From positions 1-64,000 of the forward strand of contig PDIP01000110.1 of assembly GCA_002811645.1 (NCBI GenBank): a stretch of 64,000 nucleotides of DNA, in the 5' to 3' direction. Origin of the DNA: Corallochytrium limacisporum Hawaii (Eukaryota; Protista; Pluriformea). Shown here piece by piece: positions 12,795-24,443 of this stretch. Positions within the stretch are counted from its first letter, which is position 1, and every line of letters begins with the position of its first letter. The notes under the pieces were generated by a model, which was given only the letters and a program-made list of their open reading frames with translations, did no database searches and was not told the origin of the DNA. The translations under genes were made by a program, and so were the position numbers.

Positions 12795-14807
12795 GGGTTA
12801 CGGGGTTTGAAGGGTGAGGCACCGTGGACAAGCCGTCCGAAGGGGAGGTTGACAAGGGGAGAAAGGGGGCGGGGGGGTTTAGGTACCGAGACACCGGAGA
12901 TCCTCACACTTCCGGCGCTTCTAAGTCGCCTTCCTTGCGTCCCCTGGTTGAGCACCAATTTTTTTTCTTTTCTTGTTCCCTCGAATCATTCTGACGTGCG
13001 ACAATGTTGGGTCTTTCTTTGGAGATGAGTACCGTATTTGTATAGGGGTCGTCTGATTGCTTGCTCCTGAAGGCATTTGCTCGCCTGGCTCATCATTCAC
13101 GATCATCTCCATGATCGCGGGATTTTTGGACATGCCCAAGCCCAGAAGCCGGAAAGACCGCGGGAGGAAAGGAAGGAAGGAAGCAAGGGAAGCATGATGG
13201 TTACGATGGACACAATATGGATGGTGCCTGCTCCCACCATCCACGAGAGAGCAAGAGGCTATCAACCCTCCGACGGTGGTGTACGTAGGTCCCGTCTATT
13301 AGACACTCGCGATTCTGACATCGTTTCTGCTTGATGATACGGGTGATGAAGACAATGATGATGTATGATGCAGTGATGGCGGATCACCGCATCCGCAGTC
13401 ATAGGTTGTTGCTTCTTTTGGGCCCTATAGACGATCCCTACCGACATCTGCCATGTGCGGATGGATGGTCCTTCTGCATGCCCTGTGTTTGAGAGTGTGA
13501 TCTTGGGCACCGGTAGCCAATCCGTTTAGATTGCTTCCGCTTGCAGTCCCTTCCGAGTGCGGTTAATGGGTGTGTTCTCGTGTGGTCTTCGCATGGACGT
13601 CGGGTGTGCGCACCAAAAGTGCGCAAATATTTTCTGCCCAGAGGTCCGAAAGAAAAGTAATGCACATGCTAACGACGAACAAGGGACACGAAAGGTACAC
13701 TGGCGAACCTGGCGATGACAGATGGAGCATGACTTCCAGAGACATATACACAGAGAGCGACATGGAGCGAGAGCAAAACGATAGCCAGGGGTTCAAGAGA
13801 AACTGAGCGAGTTCAGTTTGCGAACGGTAGGCAAAACTCAGACCGGGACCAGCGCAGGAAAAGGGAGGGGCTTGAGGCCCAGGGCTTGGGGGAGTTGTGG
13901 TTGAAGGGAGGGAGGGGGCCGGCCAGCCTCTTTTCACTTTTGCGGAACAAAAAAAAAAGCCACACTCCAAGGAAAGGAGGGGGGTGCTGTGCTTCGGCCC
14001 CTGGCCCCCCCCCCCCGGGGAAGAGAGAGGAAGAGGGAGCGCAGCAGGGAAAAAAACCGAGGGAAGGGAATGTGGGGGGGGGGGAACTCGGGTGGTTCGA
14101 CGGGGGGGCAGCTGAACCAAGGACGAAAGCGAAAAAAAAAACCCCAAAGCCTAACCTGAGCAAGGGAGATAAACAAAGGGGAAGGGAGGAGAAGGGGGGG
14201 ATTGGGCAAATCAGGGCATTGCCATAGTGGAAGAACTGTATCTCGCACGCCAGTGTATGTGTCCGGTCGCCTCTCTTGGAGCAAAGCAAGGAAGGCAGGA
14301 AGGGGGAACCCCCCCCCCCGGGGGGGGCCTTTAAGTTTCTTTCCACTCCGTGCGTTGGACCACTTGCTGTTGCCACCGTTCGGGCTCAATGCAGCAGACT
14401 TAGCGCGGCGGAGGGTTGCGCACCAGAGATAGCGAGCAGTGAAGGGAAGGCGAGCGAGCGAGAGAGAGAGAACGAGAGAGGAGGGGGGAGGGACGGCAAG
14501 GGCACGGATGGCAGAGATATCGTTGGAACTCTCGGTAGGATGGTTCCTGCTGCAGTCTTAGGCAAAGGGCCCGCACAGCCAGCGTGATGGATGCCGTACT
14601 TTCGATCATGATATAGGATGATCGGTGGATAGCCAGGATGGACTGAGGAGGAACCTTTGAGACAGATGATAGCTAAACTGTGACTGGATGGAATCGATGG
14701 ATGGAAAATGGATGGAAATGTATTCTCATTTGTCTTCTCAGTTCAAGTGCAATTGTGTGTTTCGAAAATGGTACAGTGGTGTTTCTGTGTTTGTTGGGGG
14801 GTTGCTT

Positions 14808-16152
14808 TCACGCAGACTCACTGGCCTTAGCGTTAAGCTGGTCGAGAGTTAGCTTCGGGAGCAAGGACTTTGTCCCGGTTGCTGCGCCAACCGGCGGGTT
14901 GTTCTTCATGAAGCGAATGTATATGTCCGCTTCCTCGAGGGCCTCATCGTAGCCCTTGAAGCGTTTTGGCTTCTTGCGCATGTCGAAATCGTCCCATGGG
15001 GTAGTCTGTGAGGTGGCAACGGAATTGTGCTCGTAGGTGCCAAAGAATATGACATCCACGGTACCCTTGTCCTCGCCGATCACCCGAGCTGGCCAAGCAG
15101 GGTAGCCTCGCACCTTGGCAAAGACGACTCGGTAGTACTGGCGACAAGCATTGCAGAGCCAGTCATCCTCAGGAATGTCAGCGAGGCCGATACAGTCAAG
15201 GTGGAAGCAAGACGGGCAGACGGAGCACTGAATCAGTTCGCCACCTTCGCCACAGACGCGACATGTCTCTTCCACAACCTTCGCAGATTCCTTGTTACAG
15301 TCGTCACAGACAAATTTTTTGTCGTCCTGCGTGAGCTTGTGGCCCTTACATGACCGGTGATAGGCTTTGCTACATCTCGTGCATTTTTCGACGTGGCCGT
15401 CCTTCTGCTGGCAGTACTGGCACTTCGGCTTCACGACTAGGCGCAGGGACTGCTTGGGAGCCTTGGCGTCCGGCTTCAGGTACGTGTTCTCGAGAGTCCA
15501 CAAGTGGATAAAGACAGCCGACAGAGTCTCCGCAGCCTCCAAAGTTGCCGACCAGTCCACACTGACGTCCTTCCAAATGTCCTGGAAGGCGGAGGGATCA
15601 ACAGCATTGGCAAGAACCTGCAGGGAAGAACGAAATGCCGCCACCGTAGTGAACTGTTCCACCTGATTTTGCCATGCATCAAGAGAAGACCCGAACATAG
15701 ACTCATTCAGCAAACGGCGCGATCGGTAGCGGTTGGCCAGATCATTGATGCCGACGCTCAGTTTCTGGGCGGCATACCCATTCTGGGCCACAGCATCGTT
15801 GCCGTTCAGGTCATTTGCGACCTTGGTGACAAGCTTGCCAGGTCCGTCCTTCTTCTCAACTTCAGCCAACTCAATGCCATCACCAATGGACTCTCGGTAG
15901 AGCTGCAAGTTCCGTTTCAAAGCCTTCTCTCGCGAGCCCTCATCCATGAGCACGGCAATCAGAGCGTCGATGGCCTCCGTAGTGTTCAAGTGGCTCCAAT
16001 CATGGTGTACACTACGTGCCTTCTTGTGAGCCTCAATGGCAGCTGACAGGTTGTCCTTACCCAGAGCAAAGAACTTGCCGCGGTCCTTTAGGTCCTCGTC
16101 TTCTTCTTCCTCTTCTTCCTCTTCTTCTTCCTCTTCTTCTTCCTCTTCTTCT

Positions 16153-16193
<41 letters not shown>

Positions 16194-19100
16194 TTCTTCC
16201 TCTTCTTCTTCCTCCTCCTCTTCGTCTTCTTCATCGTCCTCTTCCTCATCGTCGCCAGATCCCGCCGACTTTTCGCTTTTGGATTTGACGCTCTTCTGCT
16301 TCTCAGAGTCAACATCCATGGCAGTGTCAGTTACCACCTCATCCTCCTTCTTTACTTCGGTGTTCTCAGGGGTCTTGGCCGTCGCAACGGGCACGGTCTC
16401 CTCTTCCTTCTTGGTAACGTCAGGCATTCCGGCAGACTCTTGGACAGGAGCCACATTTTCCTTCTCGTCAGAAGGTTTATCGGTATCCATGGCATCCTCT
16501 GTCTTTTCAGGTTGACATGCAGCGTCCGCTTCGGCTTCGATTTCCTCTTGCTCGGGCTCTTGGGCCCGCTTCAGGTCATCTTCGAAGGCAGCCTTGTCCT
16601 CATCGTAGTGTTGGAGAGCAAGTTCGTAGACTTTGAGGGCATCTTCAGAGCTCTTCTGCACCACAACGCCCGGGACTGACTCAAAAGCATAGTACCTGTT
16701 GCAGTAGCGATCCATTCCCAGATAGGAACCAGCCGCCAAGGGAAGATCTTTGAAGGCCTGCTTGCCGAATTCCAGAATCTCATTTTCTAAGGAATTGATC
16801 ATGGCCTGGTCCTGGGCAGCTTCACTCATTCCATCCATGAACGCATCGGAGGTGTTCAAGTCAGCAGTTTCAGGTTCGGGCTCCTTGCTGCTCTCGTTCT
16901 TTCCCTCCTTGGCCCTGCGAAGATCCGCAGCCACACGAATGTCGATGATGCGACCGTTGAGCTTGGCAATTTCCTTCAGACTGTCCTCCCATCGGTCCAT
17001 GGCATCGGAGACATCCATAGAGAGCTCCTTGGAGTTCAGAAGTTCGTCAATGAGCATCTGAACGATAGAGGTGCGTTCTTCAATGGACAGATCCCACACG
17101 TTGGCTTTGCTCAAGTTGCTCACCACAGTACCGTAGATTTCTCCCACGTCATAGGTTTCTTGAAGCAGAGCGGAGTAGAACTTCAGAATTTCACTCATAG
17201 TCATGTCATCAATTGGCAGCTGTGCCCACCACATGGTACCAGCATCCCTCACCAGCAGAGGCCTCATCAACAAATTCACAGTGTAAGCGAAGAGTGCGAC
17301 GCTGAGCACGTTCTGGCCTTCCAGCATGGTCACAATTTCTGAAGGAATGAAATTCAGTGCGTTTTTGGGGATCTTCGGACCTCCCTTAATGCCGGTAGCG
17401 GAGTACATGGATTGCACATGGTCACCCAAGAGGGTAAAGAACTCTGAGAGTTGCAGTGCGTCTCCCACATTGGCATTTTCCAACGGGTTGAAAACATCGA
17501 TAGCATCCATCTTCGGAAACTTCTTCACCTCGGCCGGAATGATCAACAAATCTTCCGTGCCACGGTCTGCACGCTCACGCTCTTTCTCTTCCTTCAGCTT
17601 CTGCTTGATGGCGCGTTGCTTCTCACGCTGCTTTTGCTTGGCAAGTTTCTCTTGTTCCTTCTTCTTCTGTTTCTCTTCCCGTGCCCTTGCTCTGGCTGCT
17701 GCAATCTTTTCCTTGCGTTCTTTGATAGCAGCCAGACGGGCCTGTCTGGCCTCCAACTTCTTTTGCCTCTTCTCCTCCTTGGCTTTGCGCTTGGCTTCCA
17801 GGATTAGGCGCTTTCGCTCTAGGCGATTCTTCTGCGCCGCCATTTTTTCTTCCATCTTCTTCTTCCGTTCCTCCTCACGGGCCATCATCTTGGCCAGCTT
17901 GACTGCCTCCGCCTCCTCGGCCTTTGCCTCCTTCTGGGCACGGATCTCTTCGAGGCGCTTCTTGAACATCTCCCGCTCCAGCTTCTCCTGTTCGGTCAGC
18001 TCGCGATCGGGCAGAGCTGGCAATTTAGCAGAAGCGCTCTTGGGTTTTGGACCAGGTTTAGCACGCTCTCCTTCCTTCTTCTCGCTCTTGGGCTTCGGAG
18101 TGGCTCTCGCAGCTCCCAGTGCCTCTTCTAGAGCATTGGCCTCTTCGACGACCTGATGGTCAGTGAGGAAAGAACGGTCAAACCCGCCTTTGAATTCTTC
18201 AGGAAGACTTTCGTGTGGTTTCTTTTCCATTCTCTTATGACGTTCCAGCTTGTCCGCATCAGGCATGTGCTGCATGGTCCAAAGTACGTCCGGGTTGCTC
18301 AATCCGAACGCTTCCGGACCGCTGATGGCGGCCGACGACCGCGTACTGCGCTTCGCATTGCAGGCCTTAAGAATGGAAGACCACGGCGCCGTGGCCGACG
18401 TCGCCGTTTCAGTCGCCTCGGGAGCTGTCTCGCAGCTCACAGTGAAAATAGGCAGTCCTCCACCGTTGGGGTCCACTGAAATACGGCTAATGTATCGCGC
18501 TCGCTTGTTCTCTGGATCATTGTAGTCGAAGAACATGCGACTCGTGATGTAGCCATCGGGGTAGATATACCGATCCGTGTGATGTAGATTTTTGTCTGTG
18601 ACAACTCTTCCAAAAGAGTGATAGGTGATGCCTTTGCTCTTGAAAGGGAATTTGATATTTCCGTTCTCGTCCATAGGGATCCTAGGTCCCGACGAGGCGG
18701 TCCGCCTTGTGCGGGTGGTTGCCGGTGACTTTTTCTTCGAGTCCGTCTCACCGCCCGCTGCTTCTGCTGCTATTTTGGCAACTTCTGGTGCCTTGGCAGA
18801 AGCAGAAGTCGCCACAGAAGCGCGCCGGCTTCCATCGTCATCGTCAAACAAGTCGGCGACAGCCTCTTGTTTAGCACTGGCGACTTTCTTTGATTCTGCC
18901 TTCGCCTTGATGGCCCCCAGCATGTCATCGTCGCTGTCATCAAAGGCATCCTTCACTGTCTTGGAAGCAGAAGCAGCGACAGGAGCAGATGAAGTCGCGG
19001 TTACCGCAGCAGGTGGTGGAGCTGCCACGGGAGCTGTTGCAGGTTGGCTGGGAGCGCTCTGCTTCCGTTTCTTCGGCCTTGGCCACTCATCGTCACTATC

Positions 19101-19427
19101 ACTTAAAAAACCAGCGTTCTGTGTCTGTTGTGGTGTTGTTTCAACGGAAGTCTGTAAACTTGTGGCTGCAACAGGCGCCTGTTGCGGTGCATATCCATGT
19201 TGCTGCTGTTGTTGTTGGTAGTACGGATCATGCTGAGGCGGTGGTGCCTGTCCTGGAGGGGGTGGTTGCTGCCCGTACATGTTAGGATCATAATACTGTC
19301 CCGGCGGCGGTGGTGGCGGCAAGGGATTCCCGTACGCGTCGTATCCATATGGTGCGTTGGGATCGTACCCGTAACCATATTGCCCTTGGTGGTAGGCGTC
19401 ACCCGGTGGTGGTCCGTGGTAACTCAT
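14808..19427 (-). CDS. BAZ/ACF-like chromatin reader: Pro/Gln-rich N-terminus, FYRN-FYRC, charged coiled coil, DDT, WHIM1-3, acidic tract, 2x PHD, PWWP
   Basis: FYRN (HSFGRVV..YIYPDGY..SR), FYRC (PWSSIL..ISGPEAFGLSNPDV), DDT-like (VGDALQLSEFFTLLG), WHIM1 (WDLSIEERTSIVQMLIDELL), WHIM2 (LGMDRYCNRYY), WHIM3 (W..IDALI..L..EGSREKALK), two C4HC3 fingers, PWWP (VFAKVRGYPAWPARV..VIFFG). Confidence 0.88.
16094..16255 (-). repeat. coding GAA/GAG trinucleotide repeat encoding a roughly 50-residue poly-Glu/Asp tract
   Basis: (TCT/TCC)n on the plus strand, in frame within the 14808-19427 ORF. Confidence 0.95.
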
Positions 19428-20743
19428 GATCTAGAACTGTTTAAAATGGGATCTATACAATAGTTCTTTTGGTCGACATTATATAACTATTTTAACTACT
19501 TTGTATAACTGATGTAGTACCCGAACTGGTAGTAAACACTAAAGTTCTTCAGCGTCGTTCAATATTTTTAAAGTTTTCATACTTTTGAACCATGAATACC
19601 ACTCACATCATTTCATCCGGTAACTTTGATCCGGATTTCCAGATCTGTATCACTCTCTATATTGGTGTTGCCTGCCGTTCCTTCTGGCCCGGTGCCAAGA
19701 ACGTTCCAGATCCTGCCCGTGGTCTCACACGGAGCAAAGCTTTCTCCAACACTGCTTACATCCCAAAAAAAAAAAAGCCGCCCAAAAAAATTATTGGAAT
19801 CCGCGAAGCCTGCGGGAACTTGGCTATGGCAGGAACCCCCCTCCCTTCCTTCACCACCTCCATCCCTCCCCCGTGGGGCGCATATGACCTCTGCCAGCCC
19901 GACAACTTTTTTGCTTGGTTTGTGCTTGATCCATACATTCAGTACTGATCTACCGAATTGGAATTCATTTTCTCACTATCGACCGGAGAGTAGGAGTAGG
20001 CCGCTGCGATGTTCAATTGATTCCAGGAAATGGTAGGTTTCTGCCGTCTGGCAGGCATTTTGTGCGCGAATGTGCGCCCCGGAGAAGCGAAGGATGGAAG
20101 AAGAGTGCTCCAGGTGGTGCCATGGATGAGGCAAGCAAAGAAGTTGTATAAGCCGTGGTTGATGCGCCATCACAAGAACACCGTAGAGGATGCTTGCAGT
20201 GGATGTCTGCAATGCTTGGAATTCAATGGCCGTGGCCGATATGTCACATGGGTCTGGCACGGGCACGAAAACAAAGATAGAGTTTAGCGCGCACACCACC
20301 GTGACCCATTCCAGCGAGGGAAGGCTCGAAAGTCCGAAAGCTGCGGTCAGCCGAGAATTCAGCAGAAAAAGCACACAAAGCAACAACAACCCTTCATTTC
20401 TGGTCCCCGACGTGAATCCCATACATTCACTATACATTGACAAGAAAATTTCAGAAGAGGAGCCAACAAGAATTTTGGTCCTTGTTGGCAGGGGTCAGCG
20501 CCCCCTCAGCAGAGGACACAAACTGGGCTGGGCTCCACACTTCCGGGGAGGGGAAAGTAGCGCGAAAAGAATTGGAGAGAGTCAAATGGGCACCCCACCT
20601 AGCCTGTGAAAATCAATAATCTGTAAATATACAAATACTGCAGGACTAGAAATACTGAATCAATCAAAAGCAGCAGATTATCTGAATATATTCAGAAGAT
20701 TTAATGATAGCTATTGTACGCATGAAGGTGAACTGAAGGGCAG

Positions 20744-21430
20744 TCAAGCATTCCCCAGTGCCTGTCGAAGCTGACGACGTCGCTTATTCCGCCGTGAGAC
20801 AATCTCTGCAGGCAGCTTACGTTCTTTGATGGTCGTGGAGATATCGGCTCCGGTATCTTTTGAACCCTTGGTGCTCTGATTCAGTGCCTCCGAGTACTTC
20901 CAGAAGTAGCCCACCGTGGGCGTGAACCGGGAAGCCGCGGCTGTGTCCTTCATTGCGCTACGCAGAAAGTGAAGGCTGTTCAGCAAGCGACTTTTTACGA
21001 TAATGTCTAGCGTTGGCGCCAAGAATATGGACCCATCAACACAGTAGTAATACGCCAACGTTGAGATCTTCTCTGGGCTGGACCGAAAGCGTTTCTCAAT
21101 AACAAACACCACGGGTGGAACCTTACTGGGTTCCGTTCCCGGTTTGGGCGGTGGCGACATGTATACTAGCTCATATTCTGTTCCCTTGTATTGTCTTCTA
21201 GCCTGAGGATCCTGCATTGCCTGTGCTGCTAATTCATTGGTACATTGCCGGTCGTAGAACGGACTCAGCGAAAAGTATTCCAGAATATTATGAGGATGCA
21301 GGCCTCCACGGGCCTGAATAAACCCTTTGTCATAGAAGTTAAACCGCAAATGAGAGTTAACACCTTGGTACTGGTTCTTTTGTTCCTCAATAGCCTTTTC
21401 CTTTTCGGCTTGAAGTGTGTCGTCAGCCAT
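20744..21430 (-). CDS. MED6: Mediator complex subunit 6
   Basis: NILEYFSLSPFYDRQCTNE, GTEYEL, VFVIEKRFR.SP, LAYYYCVDGSIFLAP.L..IVKSRLLNSL, F.P..GYFW. Confidence 0.93.
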   Translation of the reverse strand: MADDTLQAEKEKAIEEQKNQYQGVNSHLRFNFYDKGFIQARGGLHPHNILEYFSLSPFYDRQCTNELAAQAMQDPQARRQYKGTEYELVYMSPPPKPGTEPSKVPPVVFVIEKRFRSSPEKISTLAYYYCVDGSIFLAPTLDIIVKSRLLNSLHFLRSAMKDTAAASRFTPTVGYFWKYSEALNQSTKGSKDTGADISTTIKERKLPAEIVSRRNKRRRQLRQALGNA

Positions 21431-21991
21431 TGTTATTAGCTTTCTAATTTTGCCTGTGTTTTGTACTGATCATTCACATGGTTCTCAATAATCTCGTCAT
21501 AAATCCACAAATATTCACTTTAAATTGTCTCGAACGTTACTAAAAAATGAAAACTACAAAACTCTCATGGGTCCAAAGAAAATTACACCCCCAAAATACC
21601 CCATGCGAGCAACATGAGTACGCCAAACAAGTAATTTTCCTTTCCATTGGCCCAGCACAGTGCGAAGGCACCAGCGCTTCTCTTTCCCCGCTTCTACCGG
21701 TGTGTTGTTCTCAGGGACAACGTTTGGGAAGCCCGAGCCAGGTTAGCACTGGGCGGGAGTTGGGGGGGGGGGAAGGTGTCCGGATGTGAAACTGGGGGCC
21801 GAATTTAGGTGTACGCGGTATATTCACCAGAGACCGGGCGGAGGAGTACGTAACTATATACTTAATTCTTTCAAATACTTTCTCTCCAGGATTATCTAAC
21901 ACTGTGTAGTCAACGAGTTGTCAGTCATAATATACCGACCTTTCATAAATTTGGGGGTCGGCATTCGTGTCAGGAGGAGTCACTGGTCGCC

Positions 21992-23007
21992 TTGGGGGAT
22001 GGCGGCGGGTCTCCACAGCCCGAGACTGATGATACGGTTGCTTCGCGCATCATCACGTACTTTGCGAAGACACGAACAGACAGTCTGTGGCGGCGAAAGT
22101 ACACACCAGATACTTTAATTGAAGAATTTGTTGATCGCGAGGACCATATGATTGAGCGCCGGACAGCACTTAGCGCACCGTTCCATACAAGTTTAGACCC
22201 CAAGAAGGAGATTGACCCCTATGTCATTGTGGAGACATATAAGGTGCAAGAAGGCAGACCACCACAAGAGTGCATGCACCGCATCAAGTATCTTGTTGCT
22301 GAGCGGCTGGTCTCTGTCGACATGCATGTTGCAGCGGACCGGCTGCTCCCAGAAAGCCGGCAATACAGCGTGAAAGAGCAGCTCTTCCGTAAATGTCAAC
22401 AGTTCGGATCCAAGTCCAACGGAGGTTAAGGTCTTTGAGCGCCTGAACGAAAAAGACTGGCTTGTTGAGCACGAGGCCAACATTACCAGCCAAGTCCGCC
22501 AGGCCTACGTGGAGCTCACCGAATGGCTCGGCCATCGCTGGGCGGCCGCTACTAAAGCTGAGCTGGACCGTCTCATCTACGAGATTGCTCGCGACCGAGA
22601 CGTCATTGAACGGCGCCGTGAGGCCGAGCGCCGTGCACAAACAGAGAACGACCGGGCCAATCCCAGCGACTAACTCACTCCATTCCTGCTCCGTGTTGAT
22701 GACCCCGAACTGCTGACTCCCAGGTTGCGGCCAAAGTCCGTGACGACTGCCTTCAGGATCTCAAGGAGCGGCTGATCAAGCGCGCACAGCGCATTCAGAA
22801 TCGGTTTGAAGAGGAATCTGCTGATATTCAACAGCGCCGACAGTGGCACCAGGAGCGCCAGGCGACTTTCACCGCCTCCGAGGAGCCGGAGTATGTCACC
22901 TGCTGCAGGTCCACCGTCTCGAACATCACAAGCAACGCGCTACCGAAACATATCGAAAGATGGGCAAGCATTTGCAGACTGATCCGCGTCTGGCACATCT
23001 GTTGTAA
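21992..23007 (+). pseudogene. DRC7: DRC7/CCDC135 (nexin-dynein regulatory complex subunit 7) C-terminal remnant
   Basis: Four frame segments join into the DRC7 C-terminus: RIITYFAKTRTDSLWRR..EEFVDREDHM; IYEIARDRDVIERRREAERR..SD*LTPFL; VRDDCLQDLKERLIKRAQRIQNRFEEES..QQRRQWHQERQ..EEPEYVTCC; RLEHHKQRATETYRKMGKHLQTDPRLAHLL*. Frameshifts near 22370-22400, 22720 and 22906; TAA at 22671-22673. The 5' boundary is approximate. Confidence 0.85.
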
Positions 23008-23216
23008 AATATTACAGACACTTCTTCCAAGCAAAGCGAGTGGTTCATGGAAAATTCATACATTTCTTTAATTGGGCTATTTTTTAACTTACAATGACTG
23101 ACTGATAACATACAACATCCCTTCTAAATACATATCTAGTTTCTTCCCAACATGAAAGTCAGCACGAACATGAGTAAGATAACGAAGACAAAGGGATTGC
23201 TGACACTGTCCTGCAG

Positions 23217-23339
23217 TCAACTGCGAGGGCAGTCGCAGCGCAGATTCTGGGGCACACTGGCTAAAGCCTGTTCAACGTGGCCACCGCATCCGGCCCAGGT
23301 AGGCTTTTGGCACTTTCCGCACTTGGTCTGGTAGCACAT
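23217..23339 (-). CDS. 40-aa Cys/His-rich putative metal-binding micro-protein
   Basis: MCYQTKCGKCQKPTWAGCGGHVEQALASVPQNLRCDCPRS*. ATG has A at -3 like the neighbouring genes. The pattern MC-x4-C-x2-C-x-K-x-TW-x-GCG-x-H...C-x-C matches a small conserved uncharacterised family I recall from fungi and bacteria. Confidence 0.8.
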   Translation of the reverse strand: MCYQTKCGKCQKPTWAGCGGHVEQALASVPQNLRCDCPRS

Positions 23340-24443
23340 AGTTGGTAAATGGTGGTCCTGTGTTAGTACAACCGTATTAATATGGAGGAGTCTGAAGATC
23401 TTTTGTACACCTATTGTAAAGTGGACCAAGGAGTGGCCCATTAAATACCTTGAAAGCTCTGGGCGCGAAAGGACATCATACCATCTTCCACGCCGTGCTC
23501 ACGTATTCCAGATACACGTATCAGCAATACACTTACTTGTCCCATTCAGTATCTGCTGTTCGCTGAGACGCATCGGTCGGCCTCTATCCGAAGAGACAAG
23601 GGTGCCGTATCGACCACCGACCCCAGCGCACGGTGGCTGAGGCGCCCTGCCAGGGGCAGGAGGCGTGTGTACGAAGGGACGAAAGTTTTCCGTCGTCCGT
23701 TCCCACTGTCTTTCTATGCAAGTCACCTCCCCCGGGGTTCGTTGCCCTTGCCATCCCCCCCCCGGGGGGTCTCCCCCTCTCGCACGCTCTGTCAGAGTTT
23801 GAAGGGTGCTCCTTGGCTTTTCTCACTTGGTCCCTCCCCCCGAACCGGGGAACCTTTGTGGCGCAAGCCCGGGCTTTATTCGTCTCCAAGTTAGCTGCCC
23901 AACGCTTTATCTCCGTACTAAAACAATTGACAAATTTTCCCCTTTGTTCGTGAGCAAACCACCGTGTGTCAGCAGAGCGCAGTCGGTGTTTTTTTGTGTT
24001 GCGCTTGGGCCCGACCCCCCCCCCGGGGGGTCGAGGGGGAAATGACCGAGCTCGGGGTTCATGGGCGGGCCAGGCTTTACGCTGAGCACCTAAGGCCCCG
24101 AAGAGCAAGGCTCCCCCCCCCGTTTTGCCCTCCGGCTTAGACCCGCCATTGGGGGCCTAAATTATTCGTAGCTCTAAAAATATATCCGGACCTTTTGTTT
24201 CTCCAGGTTCAACTGGCTTGAAATCTATCGCGCGATGGTAATGGGCCATTGATGGCCGGTCAATGTGTCAAAGGTCATTCCTTAGGTATGGATACCAAAA
24301 TTCATAAGGTTAGGTGTATTGTTACTTTGTTTGGTGGCATTCTTTCCCGATTCGCTGCAAAGTGTATGCATGTTGTGAACATGTCAGCGGGTATGCCAAA
24401 AAGATGGAAAGTTATGCTGCGCTATCTAAGTTTCGTTTCCCAC

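Noticed and set aside
2342-14700. Numerous 60-280 aa ORFs in the spacers (RERERE, THTHTH, LSLSLS, poly-K/F/P/G)
   Set aside because: Translations of microsatellites and homopolymers with no coding signal. The same applies at 25800-32400, 58700-60700 and 62900-64000.
16036-16515. Poly-Ser ORF and poly-Lys/Arg ORF
   Set aside because: Alternative frames of the poly-Glu repeat in the real gene.
22389-22402. 14-nt GT...AG micro-intron as a rescue for the first DRC7 frameshift
   Set aside because: Removing it does not restore the homologous frame, and the other lesions have no GT-AG explanation.
22671-22673. TAA reassigned to Tyr (alternative genetic code)
   Set aside because: TAA terminates intact genes here (both GMCs, CRYZL1-like, Unc13-like) and no long ORF needs read-through. 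A point mutation in a pseudogene is simpler.
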